From: Tilletiaria anomala UBC 951
Lineage: Eukaryota
DNA length: 64,000 nt
Direction: 5' to 3'
Assembly (NCBI RefSeq): GCF_000711695.1
Contig: NW_013547020.1
Span: 62,001-126,000 of the forward strand
Shown here: positions 49,576 to 62,166 of the stretch, piece by piece
Layout of the letters: each line of letters opens with the position of its first letter
Position numbering within the stretch: position 1 is the stretch's first letter
Translations under genes and position numbers: made by a program
The notes under the pieces: model-generated
What the model was told of the DNA's origin: nothing
The model's database searches: none
Seen by the model: the letters and a program-made list of their open reading frames with translations, nothing else

Positions 49576-52500
49576 TCACGGCCGCGCCCTGCGCGATTGC
49601 ACCGCCAGACGAGCGGCATCCAGCACGGCAGTGTCAAGCGGCGGCAGCTGCGGCTGCGCTTGAGCCAGACCCGCGGATGACGCAGGTGATGGTGAGGCCG
49701 ACGCCGATTGCAATGACGGAGAGTGCCGCGACGGAGATGGCGAGCGACGGGTAGCGACGACGGCCTTGCCCTGCTGCTGCTTGTTGGTCGTCATGCCCGG
49801 TGTGCAGGCCACAACGACTGCCGCTGCTGCTTGCGCGCTGCTCACACCGAGGGAAGTGGGATCCGAGGTGCTGCTGGAAAGGTACGACGCGTTGTGGCCC
49901 CCTGTGGCCAAAGGGGCAGCGGACATCACAGAACCCTCGCTGACGCTGCGCTGCCCTGCGCCCCCAGAAAATTCGCGATGTGCCTCGTCGGCCAGGGTGA
50001 TCCAAAGATCTGGTGAGCTGTATACGCTACCGTTGGCCCCCGCCGCCGCCGCCGCCGCTGCTGCACCATATGCCGCCTGCCAGGTGGCGCCCCCACGACC
50101 TGCGCTGCGCGACGGATCGCTCGCGCGCATCCGCTGCCGCGCGTCCGCATCAAAATCGGCGTGGATCGGCTCGCTGAGGTTTCGCCGATGGTCAATGTCC
50201 GCACCGGCAGAAGAGCCGAACGCGTCGCCGCTCAAGCCGGCTTGCTGCCACAGATTGCCACCGGAAGGTCCAGAAGTCCCATTGGATCCACCGCCGCTGC
50301 CAGAAGCGCTGCCGAGCCATGCGTGCTCGCTTTCGACAGGCGACACAGCACGGCGCTGGCCTTTGGTGCCGGACCCGTTGCCTCCGAGCCATGCGCCCGA
50401 CTCCACACTGTCACTCACTCTGCGTAGGCTCAAGCCAGGCCCTTGGCGCTTGCCTTGAGAGCCAAACTCTTCCGGCACATTGTGCTGTTGTCCTTCGCTG
50501 TAGCCTCGCCCCGTGACCCTCTGTCCTACCACCTCTGGTGAGGTACTTTTGTCCGAGCCCGATCCATCAGACCAGCGCTGCTTTTGCTGCTGTTGTTGTT
50601 GTCGCTGTGACGCGTCCAGACTTGTTGCAGCTGCAGCCGCTGCGTAAGTCGCAGGAGGCGAGTCAGAAACGCCGTTGATGCCATGATCTGCATAAGACGA
50701 AGTTCCGTGCCCCCCCTGGAGCACCTGCGCGTCCACGACTTGACCCGGGGTGAAGCTCGACTGCGAGGAATGGAAAGCGCTCTGCAGATTGTACTGCGAT
50801 GCGATAAACGAGTTGTGCTGCGGGCCCTGCTGTTGCAGCGCCATCTCGCTGTTGATCTGCCGATGCTGCTTGCCATAACCAGCAGCGGCGATTGGCATCT
50901 CGGCCGTGTTGCGTCCAGGCGGTGCACGATTCGGTTTGACCAGCCCGCTCTTCTTGCTCTTGGCCGGCTTGTGGTTCACGTGTTGCTCAGCTTCCTCTGT
51001 GCGCTCGATCTCCACGGGAGGAGTTGTCCCTGGTGCGTTGCCAGCGCCTTGGACCAACTCGCCCGTGGGCGCTCCATACGCGGTCGAACTGCGGTTGATG
51101 ATGGACAGGTACCAGAACATGAGGTTCGAGATAAGCACCTGCTCGTAGAGCGGCCGCCGCGGGTTCGCGAGCTTGATATGACTGAGCCTGTAGACGGCTC
51201 GCTCAACGTGGATCGGATAGCGGTAATGGTTGTTGATCAGACGCGCACCCCCGGCAACGTTCCTGTCCAAAAGGCTCCCAGCAGTGATCTGGTTGTTGTT
51301 CCATCGCTGCTGATGCAACTGCTGCATGGGCTCCTCCGAGCCCTTCTTCTTGCCAAAGAGGGAGCCAAGGAAGCCGGATGATCCCTCGTCATCCGCCCTC
51401 ATCTTTTCCTTGTCCTCCTTCTTCTTGAGCTTGGCCGCCTTTTTTGAATCTTCATCATCGTCCTTCGACAAGCCAAACCAGGACGCAAAGCCGCTTTTCT
51501 TCTCCTTCTCCTTGCTCTTCGACGGAGGCGGGAGCTTCTGTTGCTGCTGCCGGTATTGTTGCTGCTGCGCGGGCACGATGGGGCCCTGCTGAGACGCAAG
51601 CGCTGGAGAAGTGGCGATCTTCGGCGCGACAGGTGCGATGCCACCGGTCAGCGAAAAGGAAGTGTGAGGATGCGGTTGGAGCGGCTGTTCAGGAGAAGGA
51701 GGGAGAGGAGACTTTGATTGCGCAGGTGGAGGTGGAAGCGGAGCAGGCCGTGTTTTCTCGAAGGCAGCTTGCGGTGGCACGTGCTGTACGTGCACCGGGA
51801 AGATCCGATTCGGAGCCAGTGCCATGTCATGCTCGACAGCGGGTGCGGGTGCAGGAACGGGCGCAAGTGGGGGGGTCTCTTTGACCGGAGATCCAGGTGG
51901 CGACTCTGTAATGATGTCTGTAAGCATGCGCGACCTGGAGTCGCCCTTGAGGGTCCCTTGAGGGTCGGCGGGCATGTCGAAGTAGTCACTAGGTTGGGAG
52001 GTTGCGCCAGTCCGTCCCTGTGTAGGAGTGAGTGGTGCACTGTGCTGCTCGGTTCGCACGCTGGCATCGGAGGTTGGGGTTGGGATCGAAGCAGAGACCG
52101 ACTCAGTGAGAGAAGTGACGCTCGTTCGTTGCGACGCATCGGACAGGTACGAGTCTCTTGAATACGCATCGACAATCGACTCGGTCGCCTCGTCGGAAAG
52201 CGGCCTGCCAGGCTTCTGCAGCCCTTCTTCCTCTCCTGACGCAGCAGATTGCCCGCTTTGCGTCCGTTGCATGTCATCTTCTTCGAGCACGGACGAGTCG
52301 CCTCGGGGCATCGCTGCGAGGTCTACTGCACTCGCCGTGGTGTCTTCCGATATGACGCTCCCCGATGCGGCTCCCGTCCTCCTGCGCGAAGGTCGCCTCT
52401 GCCCTTCCCCAAATGACGTCTTCCGGATCTTCGTCCGCGCAGCCCTTCGAAGAATCTGTCCGGGCCGCGGAAGGATGATCGGCGAATCGGCATCTTCCAC

Positions 52501-53582
52501 TTCGGCGGGCATGTCATCGACACGGTCGAGGGCTATGGGGCATGAGATAACATATTTCAGCTATGCATGGGGGAAGAGCCTGGTAGCTTAATCATGTACG
52601 TACCAGAAGCGTTTGAGCCCATGCTGATTGTTCGATGGAGGGCACTTCGGAGGGCACTGGGATCTTGCGCCTTGCTTGCTTCTTCGGCCAGCTGTTCCAG
52701 CTTCTGCAGATCCTCTAGCGTCAGCATCGGCCCTTCAAAGTCTCGCTTGCTGGAACTCCGCGCAAGCGGCGACTTCGGTGCGCTAGACTTGGCGGACTTG
52801 TCATCATCGTTGGTGTCCGTGTCAATCTCAGGACGATACTGCCGTCGAAGCGTACTAGCCCTTCTGCTCAGCGAGGTCGAGCGGCTGATGAGATCTGCTC
52901 GTAAGGATCCGCTCCCGCTGATGCTGTTGGATGGCCTCCGGATGATGCCTTGCAATGCCGGATGTACATCGTCACCACTGACACTCGCAGGTCCGGCTGA
53001 CCCTTGACCGTCCGGCCCATCTTGCCCCGATTTTTCTGCTTCTCTTACGGCACGCGAAGCATGCTCGTGCAGGAACTTGCGAAAGTCGCTGGGGGAGACT
53101 TCTGGGTGCATTGAAGCTGGCACCCAGAACAGATGGGATGGATCCAGCTGCTCGTTGTTTGCTCCGCCACTCTGCATGACCGGGGAGACTTGGGGTCTGC
53201 GCGAAGCAGACGAAGGCGAACCTTCCTCGTCGCCGCCATCGGCATTTGAGGAGGATCCGAGACCCCTCCGCCGCGCCGTGAATCTCTGCCTGCCTTCGTT
53301 GCCCCTCCCACCGGGTCCTCGCGCGACCGGCCCATTGTCGCTGAGCCCTACGCCTTCTCTAGCCAAGCTTCCAGTACTGCTCTGAGCTGTCTTAACAGCG
53401 CTGAGCGAGCGATCGACTATACCACCTGTATTGCCCGATATGGGCAAGGATGACGATCCACTCAGCACCGCTGCCAAATCGGGCAGGTCCGGATCCAGGA
53501 TGTGCCGATTGACCGATTCACGCCTATGCGCCTTCAGTGCTTCCACTTCGCGTGCAAACTCGCTGTCTGTGATGTTCTGCAT
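49576..53582 (-). CDS. ZDS1: Zds1-family PP2A-Cdc55 regulator / silencing protein; 2 coding exons
   Basis: LFWVPASMHPEVSPSDFRKFL motif and Zds C-terminal domain RYPIHVERAVYRLSHIKLANPRRPLYEQVLISNLMFWYL. In-frame intron 52533-52603. Confidence 0.88.
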
Positions 53583-55291
53583 TTCCGTAGTCCCCTCTGT
53601 GATATCAGTCTATCCGGGAGTTGCAGAGCACCTTTCATGCGCGTGATGAGGGCAACTCTGCAGGTTGCCAGAGTAGCGCAAAGTCTTGGTGTCGAGCCAG
53701 TCGACAACGCATTCAGCAACGCATCAAGTGTCGTCTCAGTCAGGTCGTTCTACCGTCCGTCCAGTGAGCAAATGCTGACGCGATGAATGGGGTCTGGAGA
53801 GAGAGAAAGCGCAAGTCACAAGACACTATGTCAGAACAACGGAGAGATTAAAGGTGGTGTTGACGGAGCCGTTGTGGCTCACCTCTTTGCAAGCTTCGAT
53901 TGCGTTGCCCGTCCTTCTCAACGGCAATCGTGCCAGCCTAATGTGGATGGCGTGGATGCGTGTGGAGAGAGCCAGTGGTCGCTTTCGCAGGATTCGACGA
54001 GTCCCATGCACTGAATCGGCTTGGCGTTTAGGGCCAGGACGGGGTGGCAGCGTCCAGCCAGGACGCGCAAGCAGCTTTTGGCCGGATGAGTCTCGCTTGC
54101 TCTGTGTGGTGAATCGTCGAAGGGAGGTGCAGGGATGGTCGAGATGCGTCAGAATGACCTTTGGACGGCTGCGTTACACTTTGAGGTAAGTCGAGCGACC
54201 TCGCACGTCTGGCAGAGCGGTAGCGCGGCAATTCTGCGGCGTAACACCAAGACACGGGCCCACACCCAAGCTGACCCACAAGCCCTTTTCCTTTACCACC
54301 TGCGGGCAAGCCTGCTACTCAACGGCGAGAGATGAGCTGCTGCGGACTCTAAGGACCGCTCCGCTTCTACTCTCGCGCAGGATCGATGCGGTCTTTAGGC
54401 CTCAGCATCCGCCGAAGAGCCATGCAGAGATGTGCGTCCACGAGATGGCAGGGGGAATGCTTTGCCCTTTTCCTTATTGGAGTGGCAGTCAGGCAGACAC
54501 CAGCAGCGAGAGGCGATCCGCAAGGGTGCCACTGCACCAGTCTTGCGCTATCATATCCGAGCACCCAGCCGAGTCTTGGCTCTGGCTTAGTGCCGTACTT
54601 CATTCTTTTTTGACTGAGGAGACTCTTCTCTTGTCGGCACTGCCGCCGCTCCAGTCCCAGCGCGCCAGAAGGGCCAGGTCGTAGGCATCGCAGTCCATAG
54701 GCCAGCGCAGGTCGCAAAGGGGCCTAGTGCCGCGTTCGATACATACAGAACAGCCCTTTCCCTATGGCGAGGAGGACCTGCGAGGACTTCAGGGAACGGC
54801 CATTGACACCAGTCACAGTCAGCACCGCAGATTCGCATGCGAGCATACCACACGACGGCACTAGGCATATCTTTTCAGACTTGCAACAAGCGCTTTCATT
54901 TCGGAGCAGCTCGACAGAGCTTCTGACCAGCAACCAAGCGTCAGCAATGATGATGCGATGAGCGTGTGGGATATCGACTGCACCCAAGAAGCGAAATTGT
55001 GATGCGCGTGACGGGGTTACGGAGAGAGGTGTACAACAGGTGATGACTCCTGGGACAGACGGTTGACGTTTCTACATGGTGCGAGATGGGGCATCGCAGA
55101 ATTGATGCTGCATGAAGAAGTTAGATCGCTGGAAGTAATGCGAGAGGTGTAAGAAGGGCCTTCCCAATATGCCATTGGCTAGGCTCGGCTAATGTGTTGT
55201 AAAGCTAAGCAGGATGAATGATGGTCGATGAGAAGTGAAGACCAATCCTCAACAAAGATTTGTCGGGGGGCCAGAAGATCGCCCGGAAGCT

Positions 55292-56529
55292 TTAGGGAGA
55301 TGCATTTGTCCGCTCGACACGTTGGCGAGTAGTCCTGCCTTGAAGCAGTGGGTGCTCGGGTTGAGGCTCCCCATTGACGGTGACGAACGCCCCTTGCGGT
55401 CCGCTGCGGTAGATCGTCTCGGTTCCCTGCAGAGACGACGAAAAAAATATCAGCGTCCAGCGTGAACACTCAGAGACCTGGGTATACGTAAAATAATGCA
55501 CTCACATCAGGAGCAATCTCGCGCGTGACCGTCTCGATCTGCCCATTCCTGTTCGACTGGTATATGCTGCGACTGTTGCTCTGCACACTCTGTGGGTTTG
55601 GGATAAACCCACCAGATTGATTTTTGCTGAAGCTGGAAAAAGATCTCATGCTGCTTTGCGAGCTCTGCTGTCCATCGCCGGTACCAAACATGCTCATCGG
55701 TTGCAGCATGCCTCCTGCGCTGGGGTCATTGAACATCGATCGACCAAACAGTCCGCCCAACATCGGCTGCGCGCAGCCGAATGCAAATGGGTCAGAGGGA
55801 CCAAACGCGCTTTCGCCAAACTGGTGACCCTTCATGGACCTGTTAAGCCCAAACCCCATGTCCGCCATCACCTGGTGGTTGGCGAAGAATGGGTCGCGTT
55901 GGCCGAACGGTGAAGCCATTTCACCGTGGCCCACCCCGAAATTACGTCCGAAGAGGTCTTCAAACATTTGAAAGGGATCCGAGAAGTCAAAGCCAAAGCC
56001 GCCGCTGGGCCGGTTCCTGCTGCTGAATGAACACTGTCCGAAAGCATTGTGGGTATTTGTAGACGATGGTTGAGCTGCAAATCTGGAGTGGGATCCCGCT
56101 GTATCGTATTCCCGTCTCTTGCTAGGATCTGAAAGCACTTCGTATGCCCTGAAGAGAAATTGAGACACCATTGGGAGAGATTGACCTGCGATCAGTACTT
56201 TGTCTATTCATGTGACACAGGCGCAAGCACCACGCGCCTCGCATACCAGCCAGCTCACTCTGCCACTAGCTTAAACTGCGCAGTGCACTCCTCCTTGCGC
56301 TCTGGCAGTGCTCTATCAGGATGTGTCTTGAGCGCCTATTATGATCAAGCAACACGGAATGGAATATGATCAAAATAGACTTTCGCTTTCGAAAAGGTGG
56401 CTGCTCATCCCATGTCCGGAACACAGCGCGCATGACACGTACCTGCCGCCTATAGGCTGTGCGGATGTCCTCCTGGTTGGCGTCGCGCGCGACACCAAGC
56501 ACTTCATACAAGTCAATGTCCGCCGGCAT
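55292..56529 (-). CDS. Class B J-domain (DnaJ/Hsp40) co-chaperone, DNAJB6-like; 4 exons
   Basis: DLYEVLGV...AYRRQ|ALKTHPDR...FKLVAE|AYEVLSDPSKRREYD (HPD motif), G/F-rich region, Ser-rich segment, final exon GTETIYR...VTVNGE...NASP*. Confidence 0.88.
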
Positions 56530-57180
56530 ACTTCGCGCTGCTTTTGATCATACAGACCTGAGTGCGAGGAGAATTGCCATACGTTGTCGTTGTGGGGAGA
56601 CCGTAGGACAAACTGACTGCAACAAGTACAATCTTTCGCTTTTGAGGTCACTGGATGAGATCGAGATGTGAGATTCGAGCTTGTCGAACGGAATCTTGAC
56701 GTAATAGGGGCGGAAGTCGGAACACGTTATCCTTCAGGGAATTTTCAATTTACCTCCCGGAATTTTCCAGGTGCGGGGAAAGATTGCCGGGCCGGCTCCA
56801 TCCGATATCTGTTCGAAGTTCACGTTGCGAAGAACCCTCTCGTATTGAGAACTGTCAGCTGTTCGACTTCAACGACTTGAACAGGTTACAGCCCAACAAG
56901 GATGCAGACATCTTCCCTGACGCAATGCATATTGTGCATACGGCAGATCTCGCTGGACACCTCTCATGCGCAATTCTAATGGCGCACAGCCTCAGGTTTA
57001 GCAGGGAACGTCTGTAAGAGTGGGGGCGAGGGAAACTAGCAATACAAGAAGTTTATCACATCTTGAGTCCATCTATGAAATGCGTAAAGAGTAGCCCTAC
57101 GCGGGTCATTCTGCTGCTTGCATCTACTTGTCACCCGTGGCACGAAGCCCATCACTGTACCGCGCTGGAAGAGAGGAGCC

Positions 57181-58018
57181 TTAGACAAGCGCTTTCTTGG
57201 CTGTTGTCCAGGTAGCGGCAGCAGCAGCCATGATGCCGCTTGAGATTAGCATCGCCCGTGGGCCTGCTGTGCTCTTGAAAATGACACCACTGATGGACCC
57301 AGCAGCAACAGCACCGTATATGTCGTGCTTCCCTCGTGCTGCATCAATCGAAGCATCGATGATATTGTAGATCAAAGCTGTGGGATATCGCAATGGGTGT
57401 CAATTCACCTGAAGTAATATTTTTATCGACTGTGCGTCCGCCCAGCTGCTACGCACCAATCACGCCTGCACTGTTGCCAAAGAAACTCCCCCTCCGTGTG
57501 ATGCTATTGAGCACGGCATTGAGCCTGAGCCTTGTGGTTGGGTTGTTCACACCCAGCGGCCGCGTCAGACCCTCCCGTGCTCCTAGCATGCCTCCAATCG
57601 CCAGCCCCGAGAGGTAGGTGGTACCTGTGCCGTAACACAGATCGTCGCTCCAGCCTCTGGAAGGGAGTGCTGTCCGTGCACCCTCCATGGTGGATGGTTG
57701 CTCGTCGACGATGTCAAGGTATTCAATGTCATCCTTGCCTAGCCCCGCCATCGGATGAAGCTTGGCTAGATCGAGCTGCAAAGCGGGATTGGAAAAGATA
57801 TCCGATGTGCTTGGAGCGGGTGTGCTCGTATATGCCGCATTTCCAGACGATGAGCTTGCATATTGTGAGTCGTTTGTGAAAGAATGCGAAGATAGGTATG
57901 AGGCCGGATCATGCGCAGCCGGCGCAGCCCCGTTGAAAGCTGTATCCGGAGCAGAATGTGCAGCAGCATTGCTGCCTCCGGCGTTGTTGCTGCTCCCGCT
58001 GCTTGAGAATGGCCACAT
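57181..58018 (-). CDS. TIM23: Mitochondrial inner membrane translocase subunit Tim23; 2 exons
   Basis: LHPMAGL, LPSRGWSDDLCYGTGTTYLSGL, LRLNAVLNSITRRGSFFGNSAG and GVIFKSTAG. Intron 57378-57456. Confidence 0.95.
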
Positions 58019-59288
58019 ATTAGTTCGTAGGGATCAATCGGGTTGAAAATGTAACCAAATATGGATGCCTTGAGAGGTGGACGTCGATGGGTTGCACGTC
58101 AACGATCAACCAGAAGAAAAGGATGGTTTTGAAATCATGACGACCGGACGGCGGAATGCGAAAGTGCGAAGCCAACAAAAAAACGGACAGAAGAGTCCTA
58201 AAAAAATGACAAAGAATCGGCGGAACGCGATAGAGGATGTCACAGATTCTGGAAATGAACTAGGAACCGCTGCACAGCGGCGCAGTGCATAATGGAACTG
58301 AGACACGACGCGACGGCGCACGTTTTACCGCTTCAGCAGGAATAGGCCAACTCCCAACGAGACGAGCACAACCATGATCCCAATCGTCGCCCCGGGTTCG
58401 TCCTGCTCTCGCAGATATACAAAAGACATGTCGTGTCACCTGATGCTGTTTGAATCGATGCTATGTAGTACACAGAGAGACTGAGTCGCTGATTTCACTC
58501 TTTTGTACCACTCTGCGCGATGCGTCCTCGCCTGCCCATCGAAGAGGTCCTCGGGCCCGGTGAATGGTGCGGTATGTTTGCCATCGGCTCCCTATGGCCG
58601 CAGAGGATGATGATAGACATTTGCAATATGCAGATTCTGTGCTCTGTGAGCCAGAGGGTACTCGCAGACGATTCCCCTTGGTCGAATGCAAGTTCTGTAC
58701 GCATAATACGCCATTCGCGTAGGCTGCCCCGTCCACGACGACACAATCGACTAGCCGACGCGACGCCACCTTCTCCAAAAGGAAAGGGAGGCTGCAGAGC
58801 AGGAGGCACATGAAGCCTGTATAGTTACTCATGAATGGTTTACCTGCTGGTAAAGAAGGCTGGCCTTGATAAATAGTCGCGTTAAGTCGCGTGGCAATTC
58901 GCTTGCAGCGCGACCGCCAGGATAAGATGAACTGGGTGTACGCCTCCGCAAGGAGCATGATCGAGGTGCTGGGCGAAAAAGTCCAATGCAGACGGCTGCT
59001 TCGAAACGATCGAAGAAGAGTACGATCCCGTCAAGAGAACCTTTCGTGCTTTTCTTGCGAAGCAGACGCAAGGTGGAGTAGACTTCGAGTACGCCAGCAG
59101 CAGTAATGTCTGTCTATTCTACTTGGCACAAGTTAGGCTGCACACAGGTCGCGCATACCGTACACAGAGCTTTTACTGTTTCATGCGACCTGGAATACGA
59201 GCATCAGCGGCCCTGGAGTGAAAGTCGCATGGGACAGAGGGATGGAATTCGCTCTGGCAGCATTTGAACGTTGTTAGGATACGCGCCC

Positions 59289-61780
59289 TCACACGTCCAT
59301 GCGGGAACTTTCCAGGAGGAAAACCTTCGACAAATTCCGCGCCAGACCGAGCCGCACAACTTCCAGTCTCTTAAGTGCGGCAGCGACGTTGACCTGCTGC
59401 GACTTTCGACTTCCTTTGCTTTGATGCATCCTCTCCAGCATGCCCAGGTAATGCTCAGCCTCGGACGGATGTGTCCTTGCTCCGGTCGTCACTTGCTCGT
59501 AGTACCGAATGAGCTCCATGATGCCATCTTCCTCGAAGAGGTGCAGATCAGCTGCAGGCGCACATGGTGGATCACGATGTCAGTTCAAGGACAAGACGGA
59601 ATCGCCCAGGGCGGCCCACTCACATTCGAGCAATGGTACAGCATCAAGCAGGAGGATTGCCCAAAAGCGCTCGGGAGCTTGCGCATTGAGAAGAGTGCTC
59701 ACCAGCACTGCAGTGGCTTCGTGCAGCCGCTCCTCGGAATAGAGAACATGAAAGTCCCTATACTTTCCAAGGAATGCAAGCCGTTCCGAGTAGAGACTAC
59801 GGTCGTTACCAAATGGAACGTCCCCTTCCACACCAGTCGTTGGTAATCGTGAGGTCGACTTGAGCAGCGAGGGCGGAAACGAGTTGACGAGAGCGATAAA
59901 CTCTGTTGCGCCGTGGTCAACGTATGCATCGAGCACCGCGTCCGCTATCCTTCTGACTTGTGTCGCGTCACCTGCGCGTACGCAGTAGGATACCGCGGTC
60001 CCGTACTCTCGCTGCTCCGCAAGCTTCTCGGCCACACTCTGTGAGATGGCATATTCGACCTATGTCAGCCGAATCTTCCTACGCCACCATCAGAACCCGC
60101 GGAGACGCACCTTGCAGATAGCCCGTGCTTCAGCCTCCATTTGGTGGTCAACGCATGCTCGCAGCAGCTCTTCAACACGCCGGAAGCGCTGTAAGACCTT
60201 GTCCTCCTCCTTGGCCTTCCCTTTGCCCTTTTGTAAAGCATCACCGCTGTCCATTTCGTCGCCTTCGGCATCTAGCATTTCCTTATCTGCCGAGCTTTCT
60301 GCTGGCTCTGCTTCTACATCAAGCAGTAGAGGCACGTCCAGTACCACTCTGCGCATCCTTCCCCGGCCTTCTGGCCCGATACTCGCCAAGTAGTCGATGG
60401 CCATGCGCCAAAGACCCTGGTCTTCCAGTAGCACGCTGGCATATTCCCGAACACAGTCCTTGCGAAGCTTGGTTGGTTTCGAGCTGCGTGGGGGGCGATG
60501 CGAGGCGGAAGAGTCAGCGGCTGCCTCTTCACGCTCATTGTTGCACTTACGGATCATCATCATCTTCGAGCACGGCTGCTCGCCCGAGCAGATCTGTGAG
60601 ATGCAGTGCCAGCCATGGATCGTAGTCATGACACGAGATGCACGCCTGAATGAGAGGTAGATGCGCGTTCAGCTGCAGCCTTGGCATGAATTCCTTAAAT
60701 CCTATTACTGACCCGCAACACGTCACCTTTGGTAAAGGAAGTGAGAACCTTGTCGAGGGCGAGTGTCATGTCGGCAGGGAAACGATCGAGAATGATGGAC
60801 ATGACATCTGGCACGTCATCTCTCTTCATACTCGGATGCACGAGCAGACCCCAGGACCCTAGCGCTTCCTTCCAGTCTGCAGAGGCCTCGAAGACACGCT
60901 CCTTCACGCCGGCCATCAGCTCGAGCAGGCACATGAACTGCGCCTCCACCTCGATCCTGCGGTCCTCGTTGTCGGGAGAATGCCCCAGCTCCTCCTCCAT
61001 CTCGTCCATCTCTGCCTCAAGCCCAGAAAGAAGATGCCGGACCTGCGCCTGCCATTGCTTGCGGTCTTGGATGAAGCTGTACTCGTGCGAGTAAGAAGTC
61101 GAGCGCGGAAATTGCTGCAGCAGCTTGATGGTCTTATCCGCAACCCGCCCTACCACGCTTGCAGGATGAGACTTGAGACTGGCAAGTACCGACGCTGCCG
61201 AAGCGTTGAAGCCTCGCAGCACGCACTGATAGATGTAGTCCCAGTAGCGCGGGTGATCGTACGGCGTTGCGGCAGATGCGATATCCTGGCCCTCTTCGGT
61301 TGTCGGCGCAATGTCATAGGCGTTGAGCCAATGCAAGATCTCTTCGCCGACGACACCAGCGCCTGCGCCATCGAGGGGCAGGTAGAGCGTTTCTGCGAGG
61401 TGAAAGGCAGCGTGAATGTCCGACACGAGCTGGACCTCGGCTTCATCGGGCTTCTCATACGCCAGCAGTTTGTCTCTGTAGCTGACGAGGGTATTGCGGT
61501 ATAGGCTCGAGAACCGATGGTACTCTGTGATCGCTTGCGTCTGAAGTAGGCTCGAGGAGCCTCCGCCCATAATGGAGGCCTTCTGCTGACCAGACTGCAA
61601 AGCCTCTCTTTTGCGACCCTGCTCGATCCGAACCAAGCCGTCAAAGACCCCGGACGTCTCAACTAGCAGAGTGATCTTGTCTGCCGACCCCCAATCGCCG
61701 ACGAACATGCCTTTGCCGGACGGCCCAACCGAGGGAGCCGCCATGTTGTCAGATGCATTCCCCGCGAGTGTGATGGGCAT
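59289..61780 (-). CDS. NUP85: Nucleoporin Nup85 (Nup84/Y-complex); about 5 exons
   Basis: GAGVVGEEILHWLN, HPRYWDYIYQCVLRG, DWKEALG, DPWLALHLTDLL, LWRMAIDYL, LAFLGKYRDFH, APERFWAILLLDAVPLL and VRLGLARNLSK. Start codon uncertain. Confidence 0.85.
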
Positions 61781-62166
61781 GACGGATAGAGTGTCCGTGG
61801 TGGCGATGGGTCTGCGGCTTGTCCCTACTTGTTGTACGAGCACGACTTGTTATAGGGTACCACGGAACAAGTCTATACATCATGGCACTGCTGGAAGGTG
61901 CGTCCTATCACCTATGCAGCAAAAAAGAGAGGGAGTGATCGACACGCCGACTGTGCCGCCGTGTGGAGAGTGGGAGATGTATCGCGTGTGCTCAGCTTTC
62001 AGCTTTGAACAGATAGGTGCACTACGACTTCTCTGTGAACTTCTACAAACACACAAGCTTCAGCGCCTGGAGTCAAGCGGGAACGGCCTCGAGACTGAGA
62101 TGAGAAAGAAAGGAACGAGCAATATGTGAAAGCCGATGGCCCATAAAAGGGGATGAGGAAATAACA

